A stretch of DNA of 64,000 nucleotides from Isurus oxyrinchus (GCA_026770705.1 JANJGN010000021.1:67208001-67272000), one strand, 5' to 3'. Counted from the first letter of the stretch, positions 37,526 through 51,644 are shown. Translations and numbers: made by a program. Notes: generated by a model from the letters alone, not told the origin.

Positions 37526-38162
37526 TTGCGCGTCATTTGCAGTTCGAAAAATGCTGCGTTTGCTGCCAACACCGGGCATCCGCAGTCAGGCCTGTTGTTC
37601 TCTTACACCAGAGCGAGCCACCGAGTTTGCAGCGGTCAGGACCAACAATGGCGCAGCGCAAACTAGCACAGTTGTGTTTTCTCCCCCTGATCCCATTATG
37701 ATAAATAAATTAAGTTTTGATCATTCAAAATTTGTTTCTGCCTGAAGCTTTGTGAAATAATTGGGGTTTATAAAAATTAACAGGACACTTAATCAATGTT
37801 AAACAATGTGTCAAATTAATCAATGGAAATACTTGCATATATATATATATATATATCTATATATCTTAAATTTTCTTAAATCTAAGCACGTTTTAATGAT
37901 TTAAAATTGGCAAAACTTGCTACTGCCCTGTGTTTTTTTTTACTTGCAAGCTTGTAAATACTGCATATCCTTGCAATCATTGATATAATATAAATTCGTC
38001 ATATGATTTACATATCGAGAATAGTTAGATTTTATGATTAGAATATTTTAAGTAATTCTAAGCTTGGTCGGGGTCGCACAGCACGAACTGTCAATGGGCT
38101 GCAACATCAAACATTTGCCAAAACAGGAATTTAAAATATATATGTGGTCGTAAATCGTAACT

Positions 38163-41100
38163 GAATCACACAATCACAGAATCACAGTACAGAAGAGTCC
38201 CTTTGGCCCATCGAGTCTGCACTGACTTTTGAGAAACACCTGACCTACTTACCTAGTCCCATTTACCAGCACTTGATCCATAGCCATGAATGTTATGACA
38301 TCCCAAGTGCTCATCCAGGTACATTTTAAAGGATATGAGGTAAACCGCCTCCACCAACCTCCCAGGCAGTGCATTCCAGACCGTCAACACTCTCTGGTTA
38401 AACCTCCTGTCCCTCACCTTGAACTTATGTCTCCTCTTGATTGACCCATCAACTAAGGGGAACAGCTGCTCCCTATCCACTCTGTCCATGCCCTTCATAA
38501 TCTTGAACACATCGATCAGGTCACCCCTCAGTCTTCTCTGCTCCAACTAAAAGAATCCAAGTCTATCCAACCTCTCTTCATAACTTAAATGTTTCATACC
38601 AGGCAACATCCTGGTGAATCTCCTCTGCAAACTCTGCAGTGCAATCGCATCCTTCCTATAATGTGGTGACCAGAACTGCACACAGTAGTCCAGCTGTGGC
38701 CTCACCAAGGTTCTATACATCTCCCATATGATCTCCCTAAATTGTAATCCTTGCCTCGATTGATAAAGGCAAGTGTCCCATATGCCTTTTTCGCCATCCC
38801 ACTAACATGCCCCTCGGCCTTCAGAGATCTATGGACACACACACCAAATTCCCTTTGTTCCTCAGAACTTCCTAGTGCCATGCCATTCACTGAATACTTC
38901 CTTGTCAAATCACTCCTTCCAAAGTGTATAACCTCACACTTTTCAAGGTTAAATTTCATCTGCCATTTATCTGCCCATTTGACCATCCCGCCTATATCTT
39001 CCTGTACCACAAGACACTCAACTTCACTGTTAACCACCTGGCCAATAATTGTGTCTTCTGCAAAGTTACTTATCCAACACCCCACATATCATCTATGCTG
39101 TTTATAGAAATGACAAACAATAGGGGACCGAGCACAGATCTCTGTGCTACGCCACTGGACACTGGCTTTCAGTCACTAAAGCATCCTCTGTCATCACATT
39201 CTGCCTCCTACAACTAAGCCAATTTTGAATGCACCTTATTAGATTACCCTGTAGCCCATGCTTTTTTGCCTACCATATAATTCTCCCATGTGGGACCTTG
39301 TCAAATGCTTTGCTGAAATCCATATAAACTACATCAACTGCACTGCCCTCATCTACACACCTGGTCACCTCCTCAAAACATTCAATCAAATTTAATAGGC
39401 ATGACCTCCTTCTAACAAAAGCATGCTGACTACCCCGATCAATTTTGCCTCTCCAAGTGGAGTTGGATAGTCTCCTTCAGAAATTTCTCCAGTAGATTCC
39501 CTACCACTGACGTGAGACTCACTGGCCTGCAGTTCCCTTGGCTTATCTCTACAACTCTTCTTAAATAGCGGAACCACATTAGCTGTTCTCCAGTCCTCTG
39601 GCACCTCTCCTGTGGCCAGAGCAGAATTAGAGATTCGGGTCAGAGCCCCTGCGATCTCGTTCCTTGCCTCCCTCAGCAGTCTGGGACACAAATCACCCGG
39701 ACCTGGAGATTTGTCCACTTTTAAACCTAACAACACCTCAAATTCCTTGTCACTCCCTACATCATTTTGCTCAGGAGCCTCGCACTCTCTCTCTCTGAGT
39801 TCAACACCTTCATGGGTGAAGAAGGACGTGAAGTATTCATTCAACACTCTAGTGAGGCCCTTTGGCTCCACCCATACATTGCTCCCTTGGTCCCTCATAG
39901 GCCCTACTCTTTCGTTGGTTATCCTTTTGCCATTGATATACTTCTAAACTATCTTGGGATTTTACCAACTTTACCAGCCAGAGCTTTCTCATTTGCCCTC
40001 TTTGCTCTCCTAATTGCTTTCTTAAGCTCCACCCTGCATTGTCTGTACTCCCTTAATGCCTCAGCAGATTTGCTTCCATTGTACATTCTAAAAGCCTCTC
40101 TTTACCTTCTCATCGTAACCTGAATATGTCTGGTCATTCATGGTTCTTTGGGCTTGTTACTGCTTCCTATCACCGTACAGGGAACATGTTGAGCCTCTAC
40201 TCTCCTCATTTCATTTGTGAATACCCCCCACTGTTCCTCTGTAGATTTCCCCAAAAGCAACTGTTCCTAGTCTACCTTGGCCAAATCCTACCTTTTTTTA
40301 CTAAAATGCAATCTCCCCCAAACCAAAACATTTCATTGCAGCTTGTCGATTTCTTTGTCCATAACAAACTTAAATGGTGCCATGTTGTGGTCGCTATTGC
40401 TAAAATGCTCGCCCACCACCACCTCATCCACCTGTCTGGCTTCATTCCCTAGAATTGGGTCCAGCATAGCACGATGCCTTGTTAAACCTTCTACATATTG
40501 AACCTAAAAAGTTCCCCTGTACATGTTTCAAAACATCCACTCCGTCCTTAACACTATGTCTATAACAATTAATATTGCAAAAGTTGAAATCACCAAACAT
40601 AATTACCCTATTGTTATTGTTTTTACAAGCCACCACAAATTGTGCACATATTTGCTCCTCAATTTCCCACTGACTTTTCAGGGGTCTATAATAAACACCT
40701 AATAACGTGGTTGTTCTTTTTTTTATTAACTAAGCTATACCTACACAACTTCCTTCGACGCTCCCTCCAAGATATCATCTCTCCATCTTGCAGTACCTGA
40801 CTCCTTAACTAAAAATGCAACGCCTCCTCCTCTTTTACCCCCTCCCCTGTCTCGCCTAAAGATTCTATATCCCGGAATGCTGAGCTCCAATCCTGCCCGT
40901 CCCTCAACCATGTCTCAGTGTTGGCTATTATTTTACAATTACAAACCTCACTCTTCTCCATCCATTTTACCTGCAATACTCCTGGCATTAAAGTAGAGGC
41001 CATCCAGCCGTGCCTTACTCCCTTGATGCTTATTGCAGCTTTACTCCCTCTGACTTGATTGTTTTACTGTATTATGATGTGTCACTATTCTGCTAATAAT

Positions 41101-41243
41101 CTGTGTCCCCTCCCCCTGCCGAATTTGTTTAAACTCTTCTCAACAGCAGTAGCAAAGCCACCCGCAAGATGTTAGTACCGCTCTGGTTCAGATGTAGACA
41201 GTTCAGCTTGAACAGGTCCCATCTTCCCCAAAAACGGCCCCAA
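38163..41243 (-). mobile_element. CR1 LINE, near-complete decayed ORF2 (APE endonuclease + RT) with (ATTCTGTG)-type tail
   Basis: ETWL and GDFNF endonuclease motifs (40442-41003), KSPGP..WRTANVVPLFKK, SNFAEDT, RRLRGDLIDVFKIM..WNALP; tail gaatcacacaatcacagaatcacag at 38163-38187. Confidence 0.93.
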
Positions 41244-41489
41244 CTGCATATATAATTACAGAATTAAATGCGAAAGTTGGTTTCAGATGTTAAAAAAAGG
41301 CAGCATCGCTACGGACCACAAACTGCCCTAGTCTATATATGCCGGCAGTTTGTGATCAGTAATGGTGCCACCTTGAGATATAACTCAGGTAATCTTTTGT
41401 ATTAACTGGTGCAATTCACACAATCACCAGAACTTAATTCCTTAATGTATAATTGATTAGAGGAAGGACCAACATGATCAGAGTAAAAC

Positions 41490-41710
41490 AAGAACAGAAA
41501 TACCTGGAAAAACTCAGCAGGTCTGGCAGCATCGGCGGAGAAGAACAAAGTTGACGTTTCGAGTCCTCATGACCGTAGTTCTGTTGAAGTGTCATGAGGA
41601 CTCGAAACGTCAGCTTTGTTCTTCCCCGCCGATGCTGCCAGACGTGCTGAGTTTTTCCAGGTAATTCTGATTTTGCTTTTGATTTCCAGCATCAGAAGTT
41701 TTTTGTTTTT
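41490..41710 (+). mobile_element. Foldback PLE-derived mini-element (family A) with 16-bp TSD and hammerhead-like motif at 41577-41615
   Basis: atgatcagagtaaaac at 41474-41489 and 41711-41726; arms ~41495-41573 and ~41591-41669 are inverted. Confidence 0.9.
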
Positions 41711-43230
41711 ATGATCAGAGTAAAACTTGAGAAAAATTCATTAATAGCATTAAAGACACAAACTTAAGAAGCAAATGTAGTAGGGACTTTTTTTCAATTT
41801 GGTAGTAAATAGGAATTAAGCGTAAACATCAGATATAATTTGTTCTTCACTGATATTGTTTCCCCATGTACAGGGTAGTTATGTTATAAAGGATGCTGTT
41901 ACAAGCTCAAAGATAATATGAATTTCTCGGAATCAAATTAATCTGTTTGAATTTTAAATTTTTGCATGTCAATCTCTATTCATATGCTGTCTGCATCTTC
42001 CAAAACATTAAATACAATTATATTCACTACCAGCGAGGTCAATATCTCACAAAACTGCTTAAGATTAGATTACCGACAATTATCTCGTTATCCAATTGCA
42101 AATTACTTTGGGACAACAATATGGTTGCGGCTGCAGACAACAAATATAATAATGGGATACACATAATGTCAAAGTGCAGCGTATAATAACTTCGTTTTAC
42201 GTGATGACTTAATTCACTCGGAGTTTACTGTCCTGTCAGCAAGGCGCATGCAAAATGACGTTATTGCTTTCCGCTCATTGGCGCCACAATGTGCGCGCAC
42301 AGACCTGTGGTGGCTGCAGCAACATTGCGTTGTCAATAGTTAGTGTTACAAAAAACAGAAGATGCAGATGTGACCTCTTGCCCAAGCGCCCATCAAACAG
42401 TCTGTTGCCTGATGGAAAGTATATTTGCTTCCAACCTGACTGAAAACACCGCTTTCAGTGAGATAGCTTGAAACATTTTAGGTTAAAATGTTAACACTCT
42501 GGGACGCCAGGGCTATTTCAGTCTCCTGTTCTCAACGTGCTCTGCTTAACTTTCAGATGTCCCTGAAAGAGTTCTACAATTACCAGTTGCACAGATTCCC
42601 AGAACATCGCTCAGACTAATTCCCCAGGAATACGTTATTTTCTGGGAAACCCAGGTCCTAAAAAGAAAAAACTTAGTATTTATTAATGCAGTATATGTTG
42701 TTTCTCAGCACATCCTATTATGCAGACAGCAGTAATATAGGTTAAGGTGTTCCTGAGCCTAAACAGTCACACAGAAGCTGTTTCCGTGGAATGACGGTTT
42801 AATTCAGTGAGAGCATGGAGAACCCGGACTGTTGAGAGTTCCTCACTGGATCTTTCATTCTTTCGGTCTGCAGCATCAGACCTCATCGAGGCAGGATACT
42901 ACCTTAGGCTCCTAGTCTGTTTCACACATGGATGATGGCTGTCACAGCCATCATCACGACATATTCCTCCAAGGCAATCACAGATTTCTAAAAATCCAAA
43001 ATGAACAGGGAATTGAGTGATGGTCCTGTGCATAGAGGGAGTGGCCCAATCATAAAATTTAATAGTGAGTCAGTTGGTATGAATGGTTCTGACACTGCAC
43101 TACAGAGGAACCCTCTTTTGTTTTAAATAAATCCCGCCTTCTCCCCCATCCCTACTGAAGGGTGGTTTCCCCAGCGCAGACACTATGGCACATGTTCTCT
43201 GAGACCAGAGGCACAGGAAAGAAAGGTCAA

Positions 43231-43530
43231 ACATTTATATTGAACACTTTCCCTCACCGCAAGCGCAGAACGAGTTTAAAAGACCATGAACTGCCTGTGA
43301 ATTGTCGATATTTTTTGAAAGGAAACTAATCAGACAATAACCTCATAGCAAAGTCCCACAATTTGTCAATGGTATTTCACAGATTTTTGGCAATTCCTTG
43401 TCGTGTTAGTTAAGGAAGTGACGTCATTTCAATGCACCGGAAGAACGCCCATGAACAGGTAGACGCATCTCCGACATTGTACCACTATCTCACTGCTGTT
43501 TAGTAGGTAATGGATCCAACATCAAACCCA
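43231..43530 (-). mobile_element. Degenerate DeuSINE (SacSINE1/AmnSINE1-like)
   Basis: Ordered matches to the reverse consensus as I recall it: catttatattgaacactttcc, gcaaagtcccacaa, gcatctccgacattgtaccactatctcactgctg. Confidence 0.55.
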
Positions 43531-44764
43531 AAGCTTGCTCATTCAATTCCCAGGTAGATTGACATACAATTAACTACAGCAGATAATTTATATTAACTTA
43601 ATTCCTTTTCCCAGATCCCCATATTTCAACAGCTGCAGTATTAAGGAATTAATTAAACTTGTTTGAAATCCATTTATTCCAATGCTTCCCTATTGTGTTA
43701 AGAAAATTTGACTCATAGCTGGGGGTGGCAGTTACAAACCTCCATGTGGTTTCGCTCCCTGTTCACAGTGCCTGACCTTGAGACTGGGCAGTGTGTGCAG
43801 GGAAAAAGCGACTGAACGAGCGCCTGACCATGTTCCCTCAAATAGTCCTCATTCTCATACTTTGCTATAGGTAGCAGTGATCGGCAGCAGCAACGGCGAG
43901 TTTTTCATCAGAATGACTGTAGCCATTTACAGTCATCCGACGAGGGCAATTTCGTGGCTGAGATCCGTCAACTCATCCGGTAATTTTAGCGTTCATTGCT
44001 GGAGTGTTTGGATCAACGCACAACACACACCATCCCTTCTACCTTCTCAGGTTGAAACTAAACTATCAGAGGATTTACATGTAGAGTTGTTTTACATTAA
44101 ATTATTGAAACACTCATACAATAAACTTAATTCAACCAGCATGATTCAACGAGAATGATACAGTTTCAAAACAAAAATGAACACTGGCTCCTGAAACATC
44201 CAATAAACTTACAGAGATGTATCTTGTGCAGTGATTGTCTGAGTTATCGCCAGGAAATTAGATACCAAAAGCAGTGCTTTCATCATCTTTCAAGGAGTTC
44301 TTCGGAATGAAGATCTGCCGGCTGGAGTACGAGTGTTTTGAATTCGGACTCGGGAAGCTTGCTACATTTTCACACACACCAATGGGACATGCCTGGATAT
44401 TAATGAGTTATATTCACGTGTTTGCTTTTGTGCGAGGGTGGATTTGTTGCCGGCCTATCGCGGTTGGCATTTCTCCAAATTCCAGATCACAGTGTATGTG
44501 TTTGGGCATCAGCCCAGGTTATCATGCTTGGACTCAACTGACTGGATTTACCAGGTACACAACCAGAATGTTTAACACATTCACTACTCACCGTAACGTC
44601 ATGGGAACGATCACTAGACACTTCTGACTGCAAATAGTTACAAACGCTTCTGCCTTGTTCATTGCACCTATGAGCTGGGCTCCCTCATTATTGAAGATGG
44701 AAATGCAGAGATCATGCAGAATAAAACTGTTTCCATCATGTATCAAATTGATCCAAGTCATGTG

Positions 44765-45710
44765 TAATACCGGTTAGATAGAAGATTATTTTCCTTTTCT
44801 GATGCACCCCTGAACTTTCCCAGAAAAAAAATAGATGCTGAATACAGCCCCCTTTAAAATTGTCACCCAATACTTCCATGCCAAGCGCAGCTCTCCATTC
44901 GAGTAAACGCCCTCTACACAGTGCCCTGATTTACTCCCAAGACAGTTATCACACAGGTTTGACTCAGATTAAAGCTGCTTCGACGCTGTCCGTAAAAAAA
45001 TACTCTAGATATCTGCACCACAGATACACACAGAACAAAGTTCTCACGATACTGTTCCATCAAACACTCCAAAGGTAGGTATAACACCTTATAGATACAT
45101 ATTAATGATCCCATAAATTGCGGGATAATAATAAAAAAAACTCCCAGCTTAGTTGGACAGCACAACTCTCTCTGCAATATCCCAGTAAACGCCACAGAAG
45201 ACGTTCTAGACATACTGTCTACAAGAAAAAAATCCTCTTCAAGTTCCATAGAACTCTTGCAATACATACAAATTTGAGGGCATAAACAGTATAACACCCA
45301 AACTGACGCATGAAACACGCTAGGGTAGATACAGCACACACTAACATAAAATGAATCTGTGTCTGCCCTGTGCCAGTAGCCATTTGATTTATAGGTGCTA
45401 CTCGGGTTGGTATCACGTAAAGCTCCTTGTTGAATGTCCCATCAAACACTTCGAAATCATGTACAATTCAGGACGAAGCAGAATCAAGTACAACTGCTCT
45501 TTAACATCAAAGTATCCCAGGGCATATCGATAGCAAATCTCGCTACAATGTCCCAGGGCAGTTTGAGTACTGATTATGTCCAAAGAAATTGTATTGTTTG
45601 ACTGTCCCATCAAACATTTCCAGGGACGTTTCAATATGTTCTATTCATCAAGTATAGATTGATGCCATTGTTTACTGTCCTACAAAACCCTTACAGGGCA
45701 GTTATACCAT
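44765..45710 (+). repeat. Highly diverged array of the ~68-bp shark tandem repeat (agtaaagctccctctacactgtcccatcaaacactcccagggcaggtacagcacgggttagatacag-like)
   Basis: Recurring agtaaacgccctctacacagtgccc, actgttccatcaaacactccaaaggtagg, taaagctccttgttgaatgtcccatcaaacact, actgtcccatcaaacatttccaggg, cccagggca. Confidence 0.7.
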
Positions 45711-46146
45711 AGTCAGATATGAAGGAAATCTCAATGTCCACTGGCGAGTAAAATAAATACTGCTTAGGTACAGCAAGAAATGAAAGTAGAAAACTCTGCA
45801 ACAAAGTGCCAACATGGTAGGCAGAATCTGCGCAGAGACCACGGAGTGGGGCAGAGATAAGAATCTAAGCTACTTGTGTTTTTAAGGTGTCAAAGATGTA
45901 AGGTAGGGCCAGGATGGCCTTGGATCCTGCATCTCTGCGGTGCTGGCTCAGTAAAACGCTTCAACGATTAAATTCAGAAGGTTTAAAGGACAGATATGTC
46001 AGCTGTTTAGGTGTTCTTGCTTTATCAATGAAAAAGTTGAGAACACGCTGCGGAAGCCAATTGTTTGTCGATCCTTGTGAATGTTCCTGTGCGGCAGACT
46101 CCCAGAATGATACAGATCAGAAGTCGAAAAATCCAATACAAGGATC

Positions 46147-46186
46147 GGGGGGGGGGGGGGGGGGGGGTGGGGCGGGGTGCGGGTGG
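46147..46186 (+). repeat. Poly-G run with G-quadruplex potential
   Basis: About 21 G followed by tggggcggggtgcgggtgg. Confidence 0.7.
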
Positions 46187-47311
46187 TGAACGCTTGAATT
46201 GACTGATACTGAAAGGAAAGTACAAACTAGTTTTGCAACAACACCTTGATATTTTTCAATATAAGCAAAAAATTGTTTTCTTGAAGTCGGAGTCACAAGA
46301 GCCCTTATGAGCTTGCAGGGGGTATTAGGAGTAAAATATAGCCGTTCACAACTCAAACAGTTAGTTCAACATAAAGAAACTGGTGGGAAAGGTAGAAAGG
46401 CAAAGTGCTGTTGCTTCTGCGGTCCGTCAAGCCATGCATTCCCCGCGTCCCTCTGAGATCACACCAAATCCGTTCTCGGAAGAATCTCGAGATGCCTGTG
46501 AGGTGCGAACACACACACTGCTGTTCTCTCTCAAGCCAGTGTACACATTTATGTCAGAGCGTTAGCAAGTTAAAAGCTAGCATCCCCTTGGGGTAAAGAA
46601 GTGGTGTAGATGCATCAGATTTGGTCGCTGAGAGTTGTAAAATAGGGCTTTAGAAAAGTGAATGGAAAGTTAAGCTGTGACAGGTGTCCTTTATATCTGT
46701 GTATTCATATAATTTGTCAGGTACTTAGCGCACATTTAACTATTTTCATTAATGTTAAAAGCATAAGCATAAACTCTGTTTAGGTATTAATGTGCAGGCA
46801 CGTCTTAATGCAAACCGTATGCATGTGAATGTTCATTTAATCAAAGTTAAATCATGGAGAAGGGGTTACGCCAATATATTTGGTTTAGATGGAGTGTTAC
46901 CCTTTTAATGTCTAGTCTGGGTCCTTGAGATATCTGGCAGAAATCCCACGGGGAATTATTAAAATGGTTTTATTCAACTAGGGAAATGTGGCGGTGAAAG
47001 ATGAAAATGAGTGTGTAAAGGTTGACGAAACGCTGAAGTTAAAATTAGAGTTCTTACGAGTGGCCACCGTGAAACTTTTAGTTATAAGGTCGAGGTTCAT
47101 CACTTCTGGAGAAAACACGCATATACACATATCCTTGCAGTTTTCAATATTCTTCTGTGTATTGAGAATTGATTGTGGTTAATTGTTGTACGAAGAAAGG
47201 AAAACGTGGAGATGAACCTAAGACAGGCTACAAAAAAGGGCTTTGGAGCAAGTAAAGTTTAAACTAAGATGAAGATTTTTCACTTTAAGAGTTGAATTTC
47301 TTGAGGGTTAT

Positions 47312-48347
47312 TGTGTGAACGCGTGTATGTGTGTGTGCATGTCTGATCGTGTGTGTGAGTATGTGTGTGTTTGTGTGTATGTGTCAGTGTATGTGTTTGT
47401 GTGTGTCTGTAGCTCGGTTTCATTTGACTGAGAAATCATTTTTAAAGGAAAATAAGTCATATAACTCAACCCAGTTGCATGTCCACGCCTTCGAGTTCTG
47501 CAGAGAAGTTAACCCTTTCAGCTGCTATTTTTTAAATTTGCAGTCTTTTCTTTCTAAACATGACTTTATTATCATTATTTTAATGATCGGACCAGGTGTT
47601 AAGGTACATGTTATTAACTTATTAGACTCCTCAACAGAGTCACAATGGATTAAAAATATAGATGGCAACACATTTTAGGCTACACATGGTGGACAACGGA
47701 TCTGAAAGAAACACATAACACACGCACACACACTACACACACACACACACACACAGTACACATAGACGCACTAGTCACACACACTAGGCACACACACGCA
47801 TGCGCGCTACACAAGCACACACACTACACACAAACACAGACCACGCACACTACACACACACGTACAATCGTGCGCGCACACGCACACACACAGACACCCA
47901 CCCACAGACACACACAGATGGGTACACACACACGCGAACACACACACACACAGATACCCTCTCTCTCTCACACACACACAAACACACACATACACAAACA
48001 CACACACACACACGCACACAAAGGCACAGACCATCTCACCCAAACACACAAGACACACACACGCACACATACCCACACACAGGCCGACAGACCGACTGAC
48101 ACACACATACACACACACAAACACGCCTGTGGATTTAAAATCCCACAACCCACACAGAAAGACGCACAGGGCCACACACAGATACACACACGCTCATACA
48201 CACATACAAACACACCCACACCGACACACACATAATCCCGCTCACCCACACGCCCACAGCCACACAAACAGGCAGACGCACAACCCCGCCCCCTCGCAAA
48301 CACATGCACACAAATGCACTCGCACACGCACGCGCAAAAGCACACAC
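47312..48347. repeat. Imperfect (TG)n tract (47312-47407) and long imperfect (CA)n tract (47711-48347)
   Basis: Direct inspection; produces His/Thr and Cys/Val artefact ORFs. Confidence 0.9.
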
Positions 48348-48409
48348 TGTTGTTTTAATTTCCATAGGTATTGAAAAAAAGAAAGAAATGAAATGAAACA
48401 TGTGAGTAC

Positions 48410-49565
48410 AGGAACATAAGAACATACACACATAGTAATTGGAAGCCCAAGTGGGCCATTCGGCACAGATAGCCAGCTCAGCCATTCAAAAAGGCAATGG
48501 CTGACCTGATTGCGGCATCAGCTCCAATTTCCTTTCTGCCCCCTATATCATTTGGTTGTTTGTCAATCAAGAATCTATACAGCTCAGACTTAAAACATTC
48601 AATGACCCTGCCTCCACCACTCTCTGGGGAAGAGAGTTCGACGTAATCTTGACACTCCGGGAGAGAGAAAAAAACCCTCACCTCTTTCTTAATGGTGATT
48701 AATTTTAAACTGTGTTCCCTAGTCCAAGTCTCATTCTGAAGGCGAAACTTCCTTTCACACCCACCCTGCCAAATCACGTCAGGATCTTGGATGTTTCAAC
48801 AATAGCGCCTCTCATTCTTCTAAACTCTAATGAATAAAATCCAACTTTTCCAACATTTCCGCATGGGAAACCCGACTCCTCCTCCCAGGGATCAGTCGAG
48901 TCAACCTTCTCTAAACTGCTTCTAATGAAATTATATCCATTCTTAAATTGCAAGATCAAAATTGTAAACAGTATTCCAGTTGTGGTCCCATCAATGCCCT
49001 AGATAACTGTCGCAAAACTCCTCATTTATTATATTCTGTTTCCCTTACAATAAACGACAGAATTGTATTTGTCTTCCCAACGAATTGTTGTAGCTGCATA
49101 CGAACTTCTTTTTGATTCATGTACCAGGACTCCTAGATCCCTCTGTACCTCAGAGTTCTGCTATCTCTCCCCATTGAAATTACATGACGTTGTCTTTTAG
49201 TTTAGATTCTTCCCACCAAAGTGCACAGTTTCACATTCTTCCAAATAATGTTCTGTCTACCAAACTTTTGCCCATTCACTATTTATATCCCTTTGAAGTC
49301 TCCTTATGTCCTCGTCACAATTTACCTTCCTAAACATATTTGTTTCATCAGCAAAATTAACAACAATACATTCGCTCCCGCCAGCCTACTCATTAATACG
49401 GCTTTTGCCTACTGATGTTGCAACACATTCCTTTGACACTCCACTCGTTACATTTTGCAGAGCAAAGCATGAGCCATTTGTGCCTACTCTTTGTTTACTG
49501 TTACCTGTGGAAATCACTATCAATGCCAATATGTTAGCCCTACACGATCAACTCACTTTTTGATC
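48410..49565 (-). mobile_element. CR1 LINE 3' fragment
   Basis: Reverse 3' tail gaacataagaacata, ..TREHSLKL.., LEFRRMRGAIVETSKIL, FADET remnants. Confidence 0.8.
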
Positions 49566-50574
49566 AATGGGTTGCCTGTAATCTCCATATAAGGGACGGC
49601 ATTTGAAGCAAACTCCTCGTCCTTTGCTTCAGGCAATGTGCACAATTAGTCAAGACCTATGAAATTAACCCTTATAGCATTATTAACTAACTTTCCATTT
49701 CCAGCATAATTGGCTAAGGTGGGGTAACAGGTCTTTTAGGAATAAAAATGGATCATGGGAACAGCCTTGTTGAGTACACCGAGTGAAGGAGGATTGATTT
49801 GATCTCCGGGGAGGAGAGAATTCCTGTCAGTGTAGAGCTAGTGGTTCCTGTTATATTTTCCTGTTATAGTTAGCCACTTCGCTCAGATGATTCCTATTAT
49901 TTAATCTTGCTCCATTTTGCCCTCACTCAGTCTGCTCTGCTGCATTTTCGCGGAATTGTTTTCAACTCTCCAGTATGTGACTAAATTGTAATAATTATTT
50001 GGGCCATGTACTCTGTCTTGTCCGTTATTCATAATAGTTTACTCACATGGTATTTTCTTTTTTAATTCAGTGTCGGATTCTGTTCACTTCACAACTTTTC
50101 ATTTTCCTCCCTGCAGTGACTGCAGCACAACGGGTAACGGCTGCTCCACACTTACCACTTTAATTTGTTTTTCATTTATTTTTCCTATCTTTTCCTCATG
50201 TTCTCCTCCTACATGCTAATGTAGAACCATATTTTCCCCTATTGACAACATGCAGCCGTGTCGAAGTTGATATGTAAACGCTGGCCTATGATATTTGTTT
50301 CAAATGCTCGTATTTGCTTATCACATAAATCATGTCAAATACAACCTTAGTGTTCAGGGGCCACAGTCCTAAAGCAAGTGTTATTATGGAGCTTGATATC
50401 AAGGATATTGTATTTGTAAATAAATGTTAGATGATGAATCTGAATGGTTTCGTTGTTGTCTATCAAGTACCGTCTGCATTGAGGCAACAGGCCAGGTGTG
50501 ATTCAAAGTCTGATGATGGAGAAGGGAAAAAAAGATAGTTCGGAACACTCTACTCACATAAAATAAACTCCCCA

Positions 50575-51430
50575 ACCCCCCTGGAATTAGTCTGGTAAAA
50601 CTTGATTTCACCCTCTCTATAGCAAGTACATCATTCCTTAGATAAGGACACCAACATTGAGCACAGTGCTCGAGATGTGATCTCACTAATGCTTCATACA
50701 ACTGTCATGAGACATCTTTAGTCCTGTACACAAATCCCCTTGCAGTGAAGTTCAGCATACAAATTGCAGTCCTAATTGCTTGCTGCCTGCATGCTAACCT
50801 TTAGTGACTTATGAACAGAAACACCCTTTGTATGTCAACACTTCCCAATCTCTCGCAATGTAAGAAATACTCAACCTTTCTTTTTTTCCTACCTAAGCGG
50901 ACAACTTCACACTTATTCACATTATACTCCATATGCCATTTTCTTGTCTGCTCACTTCGCATATCCAAATCCAATTAAAACCTCCTTGCTTCCTCATCAC
51001 AACTTACTTTCCCAGCTAGTGTTGTGCCAGCAGCATATTTGCAAATGTTGCATTTGATCCCCACATCCAATCAAGATAAGGAGATGTGGCCTCAACACTG
51101 CTCCTTGAGGCACCCCAGAATGTAATGCATTCTATCCTGAAAATGGCCCCTTTTTAAATGCTCCCTGTTAGTTTTCTGTTAACCTATTCATAATCCATGC
51201 CAATATGTGAACACCTACAGCGTCCTCACACCCTCATCACACCACCACTACCCATACAGTCCAAGTTTATTCAGTGACCTCCTTTGTGGGACCTTATCAA
51301 GTGCCTTCTGAAAACAGAAATGCACATTGCCCACTGGTTCTCAATCAGTGATAAAGGCGCTATCTTCAAAAAACTCCAACCATCATTCCCCTGTCTTATG
51401 TCCATGTTGACTTTGCCCCATTTCAATGTC
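50575..51430 (-). mobile_element. CR1 LINE RT fragment
   Basis: YEALVRSHLEHCAQCWCPYLRNDVLAIERV (ORF 50399-50701); DKVP and GVPQG-like remnants. Confidence 0.75.
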
Positions 51431-51644
51431 CATGTCAACCACTCGAAATAATTGAATATTCTTTTTGCTGGGGACCTCATCTGAGAACCGTTTAGCTGAA
51501 ACCATCGCCATGAAAAAATCCCTACTCATCATTCTATTATGTCCATCTCCAAGGTATTGTACAAGTGATTTCTGTAAGATGGTGGGTTTTTGCTTTTGAC
51601 TTTGTGTCTTATAATATATTTCCTAGTTTGCGATGCTCTTCAAG

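Noticed and set aside
37648-37701. Strong Kozak ATG (acaATGG) in a CpG-rich patch
   Set aside because: Only 17 codons to a stop, and no convincing splice donor
43913-43936. Perfect 9-bp hairpin atgactgta/tacagtcat
   Set aside because: A stem of this length is expected by chance in 64 kb; no supporting context
44914-45634. Overlapping minus-strand ORFs with repeated KCLMG/ECLME words, suggesting a repeat protein or viral insert
   Set aside because: Explained by the degenerate ~68-bp tandem repeat
45914-46189. 91-aa ATG ORF ending in poly-Gly
   Set aside because: No recognisable domain; the Gly run comes from a poly-G tract
47800-48485. His/Thr-rich and Cys/Val-rich ORFs
   Set aside because: Translations of the (CA)n/(TG)n microsatellite
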